This document shows positions 27,734 through 40,250 of a DNA stretch of 64,000 nucleotides, in pieces. The stretch's first letter is position 1, and each line of letters begins with the position of its first letter. The notes beneath the pieces were generated by a model. The model saw only the letters and a program-made list of their open reading frames with translations. It did no database searches and was not told the DNA's origin. This DNA is from an uncultured Trueperaceae bacterium (GTDB lineage Bacteria; Deinococcota; Deinococci; Deinococcales; Trueperaceae): the NCBI GenBank assembly GCA_963815215.1, contig CAWFFU010000009.1:1-64000 (forward strand), read 5' to 3'. A program made the position numbers and the translations under genes.

Positions 27734-29211
27734 GCGCACGCGGCGCGGCCCGTACGGCCGGCCTAGCCACCACCACCCTGGTCATCGCCCTAGCCCCCGT
27801 CCTGCTCGCCGCCACCGCGAACGCCACAGCAACCACCGCAGCGACCACCGCAGCGACCACAGCGGCGACCACAGCGGCGACCGTCGCTTGGGCGGTCGCG
27901 CCCGTCCCCGCGCCCGCCGCAGCACCGGCCACCGCAGCACCGTCGCCCGTCCCCCCATGGCTCGCCGCCGTGCGCGACGCCGCCTACGCTCGCGCCTACG
28001 ATCCCCTCACGGGGGAGGCGCTCGATGCCGCCCGGAGGGAGCGGCGTCGCGCCGCCGCGGGCGCGCTCCCGTCATTGCGCTTGAGCGAACGCAGCCACCT
28101 CGGCTGGGACGGTGGTTACCGGCTCACGTTCGACGCCGGCGTCAAGATCCCCCTGCTGGCGCCCGGCCAGCCAGCCGATGCCCGGTTGACGTCGCTGCGC
28201 CTCGCGATCATCCGGCGCCAGCTCGCGGCCGACCGGCGGGCGCAGGTCCACGACACCCTCGCGCGGGCCGCCGCCCTGCTGGCCACGCGCGCCCGCACGA
28301 CGGCCCTGGACGAGCTGGCGCTGGAGCTGGCCCGGGACGACCCGGCGCGGGACGACCCTGCACGGGACGACCCGGCATTGGGCCGCGCGCGCGCCGCGGA
28401 CGCGCCCTCGCGGACCGTCGTCGACGCGCGGCTCCTGCTGGCCGGTCGCGGCGCTCAGGCGCGGCAGGCCCGCAGCCTGCGCGCCGAGCTGGCGCGGGCG
28501 CTGTCGCTACCGTTGCCGGCGGCCGAGCGCCTGTCCGCCCCGCCACGACCGGGCGCGGCGCCCCTTCCGCTGCTCGCGGCGCTCGGCTTCCGGGCCAACG
28601 ACCTCGATCCCCGCCGCTGCCTGGCCGCCAGCGACGTCGCCTTGCTGGCGCGTCTGTCCGTCGACGAACGGCGCGCCGACCGGCGCTTCCAGGAGGCCCG
28701 TGGCGCTGTGCGCGTCGACCTGGAGCTGAGCGGCGCGCTCGAGGTCGGCAGCGACCAGCTCGAAAGCGGCCAGATCGGCAGTGGCGAGCCCGTCACCGCT
28801 TCCACCGCGCGCGTGGCCGTCTCCGTCCGGCTGCCCCCGTGGAGCCCCGCCTCGGGCACGGCCTCGCTCTCGGGCGGCGTGGCCGGCCTGGAGCAGGAGT
28901 CGACCCTGACCTGGCCCAACCGGGCGCCCGGTCCACCGCCACCGGACGACCCGACCGCGGACCGCTCCACGGACCCCATCGGCGAGGCCGAGCATGCCGT
29001 CCTTACGCAGCTCGACCTGTTACAGGGCCAGGAGCGCGACCTGCTTCAGCGCCGTTCCGTGCTCGTCGCAGCAGGGTCATGGGCGCCCGTGCGGACTCCG
29101 GACGATGCCTACCTACGCGCCACCCTCGCTCTGCAGCTCGCCGACGTCGACCAGGCGCTCGCGGTCACCGCTCTCGATGCCGCATCGCTGTGCGGCGCGC
29201 TGCCGCCGTGA
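27730..29211 (+). CDS. TolC/outer-membrane-efflux-like protein (divergent)
   Basis: Signal peptide; long Ala/Arg/Leu helices alternating with short beta pairs (LPSLRLS...GVKIPLL; VDLELSG...VSVRLP). Confidence 0.5.
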   Translation: MSARGAARTAGLATTTLVIALAPVLLAATANATATTAATTAATTAATTAATVAWAVAPVPAPAAAPATAAPSPVPPWLAAVRDAAYARAYDPLTGEALDAARRERRRAAAGALPSLRLSERSHLGWDGGYRLTFDAGVKIPLLAPGQPADARLTSLRLAIIRRQLAADRRAQVHDTLARAAALLATRARTTALDELALELARDDPARDDPARDDPALGRARAADAPSRTVVDARLLLAGRGAQARQARSLRAELARALSLPLPAAERLSAPPRPGAAPLPLLAALGFRANDLDPRRCLAASDVALLARLSVDERRADRRFQEARGAVRVDLELSGALEVGSDQLESGQIGSGEPVTASTARVAVSVRLPPWSPASGTASLSGGVAGLEQESTLTWPNRAPGPPPPDDPTADRSTDPIGEAEHAVLTQLDLLQGQERDLLQRRSVLVAAGSWAPVRTPDDAYLRATLALQLADVDQALAVTALDAASLCGALPP

Positions 29212-29277
29212 GCGCTCCGGAGCGGCAACGCCGGGTGCCTACACGGTACGCACCGCAATGCACACCGGTCCGGTATC

Positions 29278-30828
29278 GTGCTGGACGTGGACGACCGTCG
29301 CCAGGACGTCGGGCCTTCGCGCCCGGCCCCCACCCGCGGGCCGCGGCGACCGCGCGTGGCGGTCGTCGGGGCCGGCATCACCGGCCTGGCGACCGCCTAC
29401 CGCTTGGAGCGGTCCCGGCCCGACGCGGAGGTGGTCGTGTTCGAGGCCGCTCCCAACGTCGGCGGCAAGGCGCGGACCTCCGTGCGCGACGGCTACACCG
29501 TCGACTGGGGGCCGAACGGCTTCCTGGCGGCGGTCCCGGAGACGCTGGCGCTGGTGCACGACCTCGGGCTCGACGACGAGCTGCAACCCGCCGCCGACGC
29601 CGCGCACCGCCGCTACCTCTACCGAGGCGGCGGTCTACGCCCCCTGCCCACCAGCCCGCCGGCCTTCCTCGCCAGCGAGGTGGTGCCGCTGCCCGGCCGG
29701 CTGCGGGCCGCGCTGGAGGTCGTGCTGGCCTCGCACGGCGTCGGCGAGGAGAGCGTGCACGCCTTCCTGGCGCGCCACTTCGGCCGCAGCTTCGCCGACG
29801 CCCTGGCCGACGCCTTCGTCTCGGGGATCACCGCCGGAGATCCGCGCGAGCTGAGCGTCGACGCGCTCTTCCCCCGGCTGCGGGCCATGGAGCGGCAGCA
29901 CCGCAGCCTGCTGCGGGCGCTGGTGGCGCAGCAGCGCGCCGCGCGGCGCGCGCGCCCGACCGGAGTGGCCGGAGCGGTCGGAGCGGAGGGGACCGCGGCC
30001 CCGGCGCGCGGCCCCGGCGCGCCGCGCGGGCGCCTGACCTCGTTCCGCACCGGCGGCATGCAACGCCTGCTCGACGCGCTGCAGGCGGCGTTGCGCGCAG
30101 ACGTTCGGCTCAGCACGCCCGTCGCCGGGCTCGAGCCGGTCGCCGGCGGCAGCGGCTACCGCTTGCGCTTCGCCGGCATCGCGTCGCCGGCGGGCCCTGG
30201 GGCGGGCGCCAGAGCGACGTCCGACGCCGGGTCCGAGAGCTTCGACGCGGTGGTCCTCACCACGCCGGCCCCCGCGACGGCCGCGTTGCTGAGGCCGCAC
30301 CTGCCGGCTGCGGCCGACGCGCTGGCGGCCATCCCCTACGCCGGCGTGCGCGTGCTGGGGCTGGGCTTCCACCGCCTCGATGTGCCGCGCGAGCTCGACG
30401 GTTTCGGCTTCCTGGTGCCGCGTGGTCAGGGGGTTCGCAGCCTCGGCGTGCTGTGGACCTCGAGCCTGTACCCCGACCGCGCTCCGCTGGGGAGGGTGCT
30501 GCTGCGGGTGCTGGCGGGCGGGCGGCTCGACCCGGCGATGCTCGCGCTGGACGATGACGAGGCGCTCGCGCTGGTGCGCCGCGACCTCCACCTCACCATG
30601 GGCATCGCGGCGGAGCCCGAGTTCGTGGCTACCGCGAGCTGGCCGCAGGCCATCCCGCAGTACACGCTGGGACACGCCGCACGCGTGGCGGCGCTCGAAC
30701 AGGCCCTCGAAGCGCTGCCGGGCGTGCATCTGGCGGGCAACGCCTACCGCGGGGTGGGGGTCAACGACTGCGTACGTGAAGCGGAGCGCGTGGCGGCCGC
30801 GCTCGCCGACAGCTTCGGCACGCCATGA
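29278..30828 (+). CDS. hemY: HemY-type flavin protoporphyrinogen/coproporphyrinogen oxidase
   Basis: VVGAGITGL, GGKART, GPNGF, GITAGDP..LS...FP, GFGFLVP, AIPQYTLGH, GNAYRGVGVNDC. Confidence 0.93.
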   Translation: MLDVDDRRQDVGPSRPAPTRGPRRPRVAVVGAGITGLATAYRLERSRPDAEVVVFEAAPNVGGKARTSVRDGYTVDWGPNGFLAAVPETLALVHDLGLDDELQPAADAAHRRYLYRGGGLRPLPTSPPAFLASEVVPLPGRLRAALEVVLASHGVGEESVHAFLARHFGRSFADALADAFVSGITAGDPRELSVDALFPRLRAMERQHRSLLRALVAQQRAARRARPTGVAGAVGAEGTAAPARGPGAPRGRLTSFRTGGMQRLLDALQAALRADVRLSTPVAGLEPVAGGSGYRLRFAGIASPAGPGAGARATSDAGSESFDAVVLTTPAPATAALLRPHLPAAADALAAIPYAGVRVLGLGFHRLDVPRELDGFGFLVPRGQGVRSLGVLWTSSLYPDRAPLGRVLLRVLAGGRLDPAMLALDDDEALALVRRDLHLTMGIAAEPEFVATASWPQAIPQYTLGHAARVAALEQALEALPGVHLAGNAYRGVGVNDCVREAERVAAALADSFGTP

Positions 30829-30830
30829 GC

Positions 30831-30864
30831 GTGCTGCGGGGCCCCGTGTGGGGCCCCGCAGCAC
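30831..30864. terminator. Hairpin between convergent genes
   Basis: gtgctgcggggcccc-gtgt-ggggccccgcagcac, 15-bp stem. Confidence 0.7.
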
Positions 30865-30925
30865 GTCGGTCGGGCGGCACCGCGCCGGCGGCGGCGCGCG
30901 GCCGCCTGCCGGCGGGATGCGTGCG

Positions 30926-31780
30926 CTACAGAGCGCTCCCGTTGTACGTGATGGTGTAGCTGCTGCAAGCGTTGAAGGTGATCGCCAGGGTGTTGCCCTG
31001 GTTGTCGGCGTAGTGCACCGATCCGCCGTCGAAGCCGCTGCTGCAGGTGCTCGAGTAGTGCGCGCCGCTGGAGGTGCGCGTCAACTCATAGCGGCCGTCG
31101 CTGTCCTGGAAGGTCACCTTGCCGTTGAAGGTGAAGGTGCCGGCGGCGAACGGATCGCCGGCGCTGTCGGCCTGGTAGGTCGGGGTCCCCTGGACCTCGA
31201 GCATCGTGGTGCCGCTCGGCGCTGCGAAATCGAACCGCAGGTCGTAGTCGAGCGTGTAGGCGCCCGCCGTACCCTCGGTGAGATCCCAGTTCAGGTTCTC
31301 CGTGATGCTGCTCGTACCGCTGCCGTCGGTGGTGCTGATCTTGAGGTCCTTGATGGTGGCCTTGGTGCCGCTGTACGGGTCGTTGTCGTTCTTGTCGGAC
31401 TCGCTGAGGGTCCCCGTGATCGACATGGAGGTGGACCCGCTCGTCATGCTGCAGTCGTAGGTCTCCGTCGCGGTGGCGTACCAGCCGTCGTTGTCAGCGT
31501 CGATGGGGCTCGCCGGCGAGAGCGACGGGCAGTTCGACGTCGCCGCGGGCAGCAGCCCGTTGACCCCGAGCGACTGCGCCCCGATGCTCAGGGGCGAGTA
31601 TCCGGAGGGGGAGATCATGCTGATGACGAGCTGATCGCCGACCATGCCGGTCGCCGCGATCTGCGCTGCGGCAGCCTGTGTGAGGGGCTGGGTAGGAACC
31701 GCGCCGCCCCCACAGGCGGTCAGCAGGACTGCGAGTCCCATGCTGGATGCAAGAAGTAGGCCAATGGTGATCCGCCTCAT
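30926..31780 (-). CDS. Ser/Thr-rich lipoprotein
   Basis: RBS aaggag; lipobox LTA-C; four further Cys residues; DADNDG loop. Confidence 0.8.
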   Translation of the reverse strand: MRRITIGLLLASSMGLAVLLTACGGGAVPTQPLTQAAAAQIAATGMVGDQLVISMISPSGYSPLSIGAQSLGVNGLLPAATSNCPSLSPASPIDADNDGWYATATETYDCSMTSGSTSMSITGTLSESDKNDNDPYSGTKATIKDLKISTTDGSGTSSITENLNWDLTEGTAGAYTLDYDLRFDFAAPSGTTMLEVQGTPTYQADSAGDPFAAGTFTFNGKVTFQDSDGRYELTRTSSGAHYSSTCSSGFDGGSVHYADNQGNTLAITFNACSSYTITYNGSAL

Positions 31781-31886
31781 ACGTTCACTCCTTTCGGCGC
31801 ACCCACCTTAATGGACCGACGTCCGACGACGCCGTGCATATCTCACGGACATCTCATCCGGCGCCGCCAGTCGCCCGGGCGGGACG

Positions 31887-31895
31887 TGCTACAAT
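31887..31895 (+). promoter_or_regulatory. Extended -10 promoter of the rpsF operon
   Basis: TGcTACAAT about 195 nt upstream of rpsF. Confidence 0.5.
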
Positions 31896-32088
31896 TCGAA
31901 TTTGCCGCGTTCGCCCCTGGCAGCGCGGCATGCGAGCCCACGCTGGGGAGGGCTGTGACGCGGGCCGAGGGCCGGCCGGGAGGCCGGGCCCGGTCGTTGC
32001 GTGTCGGTCGACGCGGGCGGCGCTTCGGCGCCGTCGCCGGCGATCGGCACGTTCGAGCGGCAGCCACCAGCTCTGGAAGGAGGTGCCC

Positions 32089-32436
32089 ATGTCCGAAGCA
32101 AACTACGACCTGAACGTCATCCTGGACCCGAATCTGAGCGAACCGCAGCTCCAGACCGAGAAGGATGCCGTCACGGCTCAGGTGGAACGCGCCGAAGGTG
32201 AGATCGTGGCGTTGGACGAGTGGGGCAATCGTCGCCTCGCCTATCCGATCCGCAAGCTCAACGAGGGCTACTACCTGATCTACCGCCTACGCCTATCGAG
32301 TGAGACGCCGAAGGCGATCGAAGCCGCCCTGCGCCAGCGTGATAACGTGATGCGCGTACTGGTGGTCAAGGACCGTCCCGAGTGGAAGACCCGCAAGGAG
32401 TCGCGGGAGAAGGTGGTGGCCGAGGCCGGCGCCTAG
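32089..32436 (+). CDS. rpsF: 30S ribosomal protein S6
   Basis: YDLNVILDPNL...WGNRRLAYPIRK..EGYY; RBS aaggaggt. Confidence 0.95.
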   Translation: MSEANYDLNVILDPNLSEPQLQTEKDAVTAQVERAEGEIVALDEWGNRRLAYPIRKLNEGYYLIYRLRLSSETPKAIEAALRQRDNVMRVLVVKDRPEWKTRKESREKVVAEAGA

Positions 32437-32477
32437 CCGGCAGCGTGCCCCGTCTTCCTTGAGCCGAGGAGAGTTCC

Positions 32478-33299
32478 ATGGCACGAGGCCTGAACAACGT
32501 GTACCTGGCCGGCACCCTGACGCAGGCGCCCGAGTTGCGCTATACGCCTGGGGGACTGGCCATCCTGGAGCTCAGCCTGGCAGGGAACGATCACGTCCTC
32601 GGTGACGACGAGAAGATGCGCGAGCTGGCCTGGTACCACCGGGTCACCGTGTTCGGCGCTCAGGGCGAGTCCCTGGTGAACCAGCTCGAGGCCGGCATGC
32701 CCGTGTTCGTGGAGGGCCGGCTCAACTACCGCAGCTGGGAGTCGCAGGACGGGCAGCGCCGCGCGGCGCTCGACGTCGTGGCGCAGCGTGTCGAGGTGCT
32801 GACCGTCGGCGCGCGGGGCGGCGAGGCCACCGTGACCGACGCCAAAGGGCAGCATCGCCTGCGGAACGCGCTCAACGAGGTGCTGGTCATCGGCAACCTC
32901 ACGCGCGACGCGGAGCTGCGCTACACGCCCAGCGGCAGCGCCGTCACGCGCTTCAGCGTGGCCGTCAACGAACGCTTTCGCGATCGCAGCGGCAACGACC
33001 AGGAGCGCACGCATTACGTCGACGTGAACGTCTGGCGCGAGCTGGCCGAAGGCACCGCGGAGCTCTCCAAGGGAGACCCGGTGTTCGTGTCCGGCCGCCT
33101 CGTCAACGACTCATGGACGGACAAGGACGGAAATCGGCGGTTCACGACGCGCTTGGAAGGCTCGCGCGTCGAGTTCCTGACCCGCGGTCCCGGTAGTGGT
33201 GGAGCCGGGACCCGCCCCGAGAAGGTGTCTCAGGGTGCCCAGGCGAGTCAGCTTGACATCGATGAAGAGTTCCCACCGGAAGAGGATCTGCCTTTCTAG
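32478..33299 (+). CDS. ssb: Single-stranded DNA-binding protein with two OB folds (Deinococcus-Thermus type)
   Basis: Two ELRYTP OB domains; acidic tail EEDLPF. Confidence 0.97.
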   Translation: MARGLNNVYLAGTLTQAPELRYTPGGLAILELSLAGNDHVLGDDEKMRELAWYHRVTVFGAQGESLVNQLEAGMPVFVEGRLNYRSWESQDGQRRAALDVVAQRVEVLTVGARGGEATVTDAKGQHRLRNALNEVLVIGNLTRDAELRYTPSGSAVTRFSVAVNERFRDRSGNDQERTHYVDVNVWRELAEGTAELSKGDPVFVSGRLVNDSWTDKDGNRRFTTRLEGSRVEFLTRGPGSGGAGTRPEKVSQGAQASQLDIDEEFPPEEDLPF

Positions 33300-33575
33300 A
33301 TGCCACGAGAACGGGATTCGAAAGAGCGTCGCCGTCGCGGCGGCGGACGCCGCGGCCGTAGGCCGAAGGTCTGTGCTTTCTGCACGGGCGAAGCAGAGAT
33401 CATGGACTACCACGACGGAAGGATGTTGCGGCGCTTCATCAGCGACACCGCCAAGATCCTGCCCCGTCGTCGCACGGGCACGTGCGCCAAGCACCAGCGT
33501 AGGCTCGCAACCACCATCAAGCGTGCTCGCTCACTCGCCATCATCCCGATTACGGAGAAGTTGGTGCGGAAGTGA
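33300..33575 (+). CDS. rpsR: 30S ribosomal protein S18 (Zn-ribbon form)
   Basis: CAFC, KILPRRRTGTCAKHQR. Confidence 0.96.
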   Translation: MPRERDSKERRRRGGGRRGRRPKVCAFCTGEAEIMDYHDGRMLRRFISDTAKILPRRRTGTCAKHQRRLATTIKRARSLAIIPITEKLVRK

Positions 33576-34021
33576 ACGTCATCCTGCTCGAACCCGTCGA
33601 CGGCCTCGGTGAGGCCGGCGAGGTCGTGCGGGTGCGCCCCGGGTACGCCCGCAACTTCCTGGTGCCACAGGGGCTGGCCCTGCCGGCCACCGAGGCCAAC
33701 CGTGCGGAGCTCCAGGCGCGGCTGGCGCAGCGTGCCCGCGTCCTTGCCGAGCGCAAGGGCGACGCCGAACGCCTGCAGGAGATGCTCGGCGAGGCGACCC
33801 TCGAGATCAGCGTGAGGGCCGGCGAGGAACGCATCTACGGCTCGGTCGGCAACAAGGACATCGCGCAGGCGCTCAAGGCCGCCTACGACGTCGTGATCGA
33901 CCGCCGCAAGATCGTGCTGCAGGAGCCGATCAAGACGCTCGGCGAGTACGTCGTTCCCTACCGCCCCCACCCCGACGTCACCATCGACCTGAAGGTCGTG
34001 GTGCGCGCCGACGAGGCCTAG
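33572..34021 (+). CDS. rplI: 50S ribosomal protein L9
   Basis: VILLEPV.GLG..GEVVRVRPGYARNFLVP. Confidence 0.97.
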   Translation: MNVILLEPVDGLGEAGEVVRVRPGYARNFLVPQGLALPATEANRAELQARLAQRARVLAERKGDAERLQEMLGEATLEISVRAGEERIYGSVGNKDIAQALKAAYDVVIDRRKIVLQEPIKTLGEYVVPYRPHPDVTIDLKVVVRADEA

Positions 34022-34080
34022 CCCAGGGCCAGGGCACGACCCGCGGCCCCCGGCACCCGCCGGCGGGCCCACGCTCGATC

Positions 34081-34127
34081 ACGACGCGGCCGGCAGGCTC
34101 CGGAGAGGAGCCTGCCGGCCGCGTCGT
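34081..34127. terminator. Bidirectional hairpin between rplI and pyk
   Basis: Perfect 21-bp stem acgacgcggccggcaggctcc with a 5-nt loop. Confidence 0.8.
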
Positions 34128-34144
34128 CGTGTCGGGAACGGTGC

Positions 34145-36954
<2,810 letters not shown>

Positions 36955-38052
36955 TCAGCCGGTCCGCAGGGGTACGACCATCGCCAGGTAGCTGGGGTCG
37001 CCGAGATCCGCGACCACGCTGGGTGCGGACGTGGGGCCGCCTCCGGAGAACGACAGCCGGACGTCGCCGGTCGCGGGCCCGAGGGCATCGACCAGGTACT
37101 TGGCGTTGTAAGCGAGGGCGATCTCGGGGTCCGTGCCCTCCTGCAGGACATCGATGGACTCCTGGGAACGCCCGTACGTCCCCTCGGCGGTGATCTGCAG
37201 CACCCCGTCGCGAACGAACAGGTCGACGCGGTTGTTGGCCGTCTTGTCGGCCATCAGCGCCACGCGCGACACCGCTTCGGCAAGCTTGGGCGCGTCCAGG
37301 GTGATCGATACCGGGAAGGTCTTGGGGATGATCCGCTCGTAATCGGGGAACGTACCGTCCATGAGCTTCAGGTTGAGGCTGAAGCTGCCGCTCTGAACGC
37401 TGAGCTGGCCCTCGGACAGGCCGAGGCGGGACTCCCCCTCGTCCAGGATCCGGGTGAGCTCGTCGACGCTGCGGCCGGGCACGACCACGTCGCCCTCCAG
37501 ACCGGTCGCGGCATCGAGATGGTAGTAGGCCAGGCGGAACCCGTCGGTCGCGACCGCCCGCGTCGTCGTCGGCCCCAGCTCCAGCTTGACGCCGCGGAAC
37601 ACCGCCTGGTAGTCCGCCACCGCCGCCGCATAGCGCACGCTTCCCAGGGCCTTGACGAGTTGGGCCGCGTCGAGCGCGCCTGTGAGGTGGTCGGAGAAGA
37701 CGAGTTGCGGTGCCGATGAAGGCGCCATCAGCTGGAGCTTGGTGGCGAAGGTCCCCGAGGACAGATCGAGCTCCTTGTCGCCGAACTCCAACTCGACCAG
37801 ATCGTCAGGGAGGGCACGGACCACCTGGCTGAAGACGTGCGCGGGGAGGGCATAACTGCCCTCGCCCTGGGCGTCGGCCGCGAAACGTGCGCGGATGTCG
37901 ACATCCATGTTGCTGCCGCTGAGTTCGATGCCGTCCTCGCTGGTGTCGATACGGAGCAGGCTCAGCCCGGGGTTGCTGCTTCGGCTCGGGATGATCCTCT
38001 CGACGTGGGCAAGCGTGTCGGCCAGGGTCTTCTTGGGAACGTGAACTTTCAT
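36955..38052 (-). CDS. dnaN: DNA polymerase III beta clamp
   Basis: AVATDGFRLA, GTFPDYERIIP, AYNAKYLVDAL, VVPLR. Confidence 0.96.
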   Translation of the reverse strand: MKVHVPKKTLADTLAHVERIIPSRSSNPGLSLLRIDTSEDGIELSGSNMDVDIRARFAADAQGEGSYALPAHVFSQVVRALPDDLVELEFGDKELDLSSGTFATKLQLMAPSSAPQLVFSDHLTGALDAAQLVKALGSVRYAAAVADYQAVFRGVKLELGPTTTRAVATDGFRLAYYHLDAATGLEGDVVVPGRSVDELTRILDEGESRLGLSEGQLSVQSGSFSLNLKLMDGTFPDYERIIPKTFPVSITLDAPKLAEAVSRVALMADKTANNRVDLFVRDGVLQITAEGTYGRSQESIDVLQEGTDPEIALAYNAKYLVDALGPATGDVRLSFSGGGPTSAPSVVADLGDPSYLAMVVPLRTG

Positions 38053-38449
38053 GCGTATCTCCCGTACGGCATTGTCTACGAGCATACCCGATAGGAACGC
38101 TGAACAACGCGTTCCGAGTGCCTTCTCGAGGCTTGTGATCGGAGCGAGGGAACCTCGGCAAGAGACGGGGGTGAGGGTGTTCTCCCAGGGAGAGTGGAAC
38201 CCCCTATAACCGTAGGGGCTGTGGAAACTGTGGAGAAGTGTAGGGAGCCCCGACGGCAACGTGATGGCGGCTGTGGAGGGTTCTGTGGATAAGGCGATGT
38301 GCGCTGTGGACAACACTTCTGATACTCCACAGGTATCCACAGGGCGAACGGGCGGTGAGGTTGTGCACAGGTTCGTCCACAGCCTGTCCACACGTTATCC
38401 ACAGACTTGTCCACAGGTGCCGGGGCCGGTCGGGCGGACCGCCCGACGC
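38053..38449. other. oriC: Chromosomal replication origin oriC
   Basis: About 12 DnaA boxes in 38220-38415, including perfect TGTGGATAA (38284-38292) and TTATCCACA (38395-38403); located between dnaA and dnaN; lower GC. Confidence 0.92.
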
Positions 38450-39784
38450 TCACATCAGGCTGGCTTTGAGGTCGCGGACGGTGCTCGCGAGCACCTTGTC
38501 GGACTGGATCTGGTCGCCCACCTTCTGGACCGCGTACATCACGGTCGAGTGATCGCGACCCGAGAAGTACTGCCCGATCTCCGGATAGGAGTGGGGCGTC
38601 AACTCGCGGATCAGGTACATGGCGATCTGACGCGGTACGACCAGCTCCTGGCGCCGCCCTTTGCCGCGCACGTCGACCGTGTCGACTTCGAAGCGTTCGG
38701 CCGTCACCCGCAGGATGTCGGCCATGGTCAGGCTCAACTCGCCGGGAGCGAACACGTCCGAGAGCGCCTTGGCGACCGTCTGCTGATCGAGGGTCGCCTG
38801 GTTCATCGAGGCGAACACGATGGCGCGCACCAGCGCGCCTTCCAGCTCACGGATGTTCGAAGTGACGTGGCGAGCGATGTAGTCGAGGACCTCCGAGGGG
38901 ACCTTGACGCCGCGATACTCGGCGTTCATCCTCAGGATCGCGATGCGTGTCTCCAACTCGGGGGCCTGGATGTCGGTGATCAGGCCCCACTCGAAGCGGC
39001 TGCGCAACCGCTTCTCGAGGGTGGGGATGTCCTTCGGGGGGCGGTCGGACGACAGGATGATCTGTTTGCCGGACTCGTAGAGGGCGTTGAAGGTGTGGAA
39101 GAACTCCTCCTGCGTGCGCTCCTTGCCGGCGATGAACTGGATGTCGTCGATGAGCAGGAGGTCGATGGTGCGGTAACGATCGCGGAAGGAGACCATGCGG
39201 TCCTCGCGGATCGCGTTGATCATCTCGTTGGTGAAGGCCTCCGTCGTCGCATACTCGATCACCAGGTTGGGATAGCGCTCGGTCACGGCGTGGCCCACCG
39301 CGTGCATGAGGTGGGTCTTGCCGAGGCCGGCGTCCCCGTACAGGAACAGCGGGTTGTAGGCGCGGCCCGGCGACTCGGCGACGGCCAGGGCGGCGGCGTG
39401 CGCCAGGTTGTTGTTGGGGCCCACCACGAAGTTGGAGAACACGTACTTGGGATTGAGGCGGGGCTTGGGGGCGGGCACCGCCGGCCCCGACTCCTGGTGT
39501 GTGCTGAACATGTCCTGCTGCTCGATGGTCTGGAACGGGACGACCTGGAAGGCCACGCGCGGCGTGTCCGCGCCGAGGTCGGTGAGGGCCCGCTCGATGA
39601 CCTCGGCATAGTGTCCCTTGAGCCAGTCGCGGGCGAAGGAGTGCGGCACACCGACCAGGAAGGCGCCGTTCTCGAAGCCGAGCGGCTTCACCTGGCGGAA
39701 CCAGGTGCGGAACTCGACCTCCGGGATCTCTTCCCGGAGCGCCTCGAGGATGTCCTCCCAGATCGCTTCGTCGCGGCTCAGCAT
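38450..39784 (-). CDS. dnaA: Chromosomal replication initiator DnaA
   Basis: [42 protein letters not shown]. Confidence 0.98.
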   Translation of the reverse strand: MLSRDEAIWEDILEALREEIPEVEFRTWFRQVKPLGFENGAFLVGVPHSFARDWLKGHYAEVIERALTDLGADTPRVAFQVVPFQTIEQQDMFSTHQESGPAVPAPKPRLNPKYVFSNFVVGPNNNLAHAAALAVAESPGRAYNPLFLYGDAGLGKTHLMHAVGHAVTERYPNLVIEYATTEAFTNEMINAIREDRMVSFRDRYRTIDLLLIDDIQFIAGKERTQEEFFHTFNALYESGKQIILSSDRPPKDIPTLEKRLRSRFEWGLITDIQAPELETRIAILRMNAEYRGVKVPSEVLDYIARHVTSNIRELEGALVRAIVFASMNQATLDQQTVAKALSDVFAPGELSLTMADILRVTAERFEVDTVDVRGKGRRQELVVPRQIAMYLIRELTPHSYPEIGQYFSGRDHSTVMYAVQKVGDQIQSDKVLASTVRDLKASLM

Positions 39785-40250
39785 TCCAGCGGTGGTCCTC
39801 TCGCCCGCCGCAACGGCGGGCCGGGTCGCATACTTGGTGAGACGCGCACGGCCGGGGAGGCCTAGGTCGGGATGGTCCCGGCTGGCACGGCGTATCGGGC
39901 GCCGGGGATGACCCTGGCGCGGGCCGCGCCGAACGGCTCCGAGGCCGGTCCGGTGCGGCGGTTCAGGGACGCAGTCTAGCAGAACCCGGCGGGCGGTCCG
40001 GGGGGTGGTTGGAGGCGCCGCCGGCAGGGCGTGACGAACGGTGCGGAGGCTGCGGCGGAGGCGCCGGAGGCATTCGGGTAGCGGGGCGGATCGGGGGGCG
40101 GACGCTGCTCGGACGGGGCGGGTTGCGGAGGCTAGGTGTGGGGCGCATGCGGCGGGGTAGGCTGCCGGGGTAGAGGAGGGAGGCTCGCGAGGCGCGGCCC
40201 GCGCCCCCTCGGGACGGACAGGGAAGGACCGACAGGGAAGGGTGGAAGGC

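Noticed and set aside
23480..29211. Operon as a Fap amyloid or classical bacteriocin ABC-export cluster
   Set aside because: No Asn/Gln-rich amyloid repeats, no recognisable FapF barrel, no ABC ATPase or HlyD; Lnt is not part of those systems.
31900..32080. S6:S18 autoregulatory leader RNA
   Set aside because: The location fits and GC hairpins are possible, but I could not match the consensus structure by eye; needs an Rfam/Infernal search.
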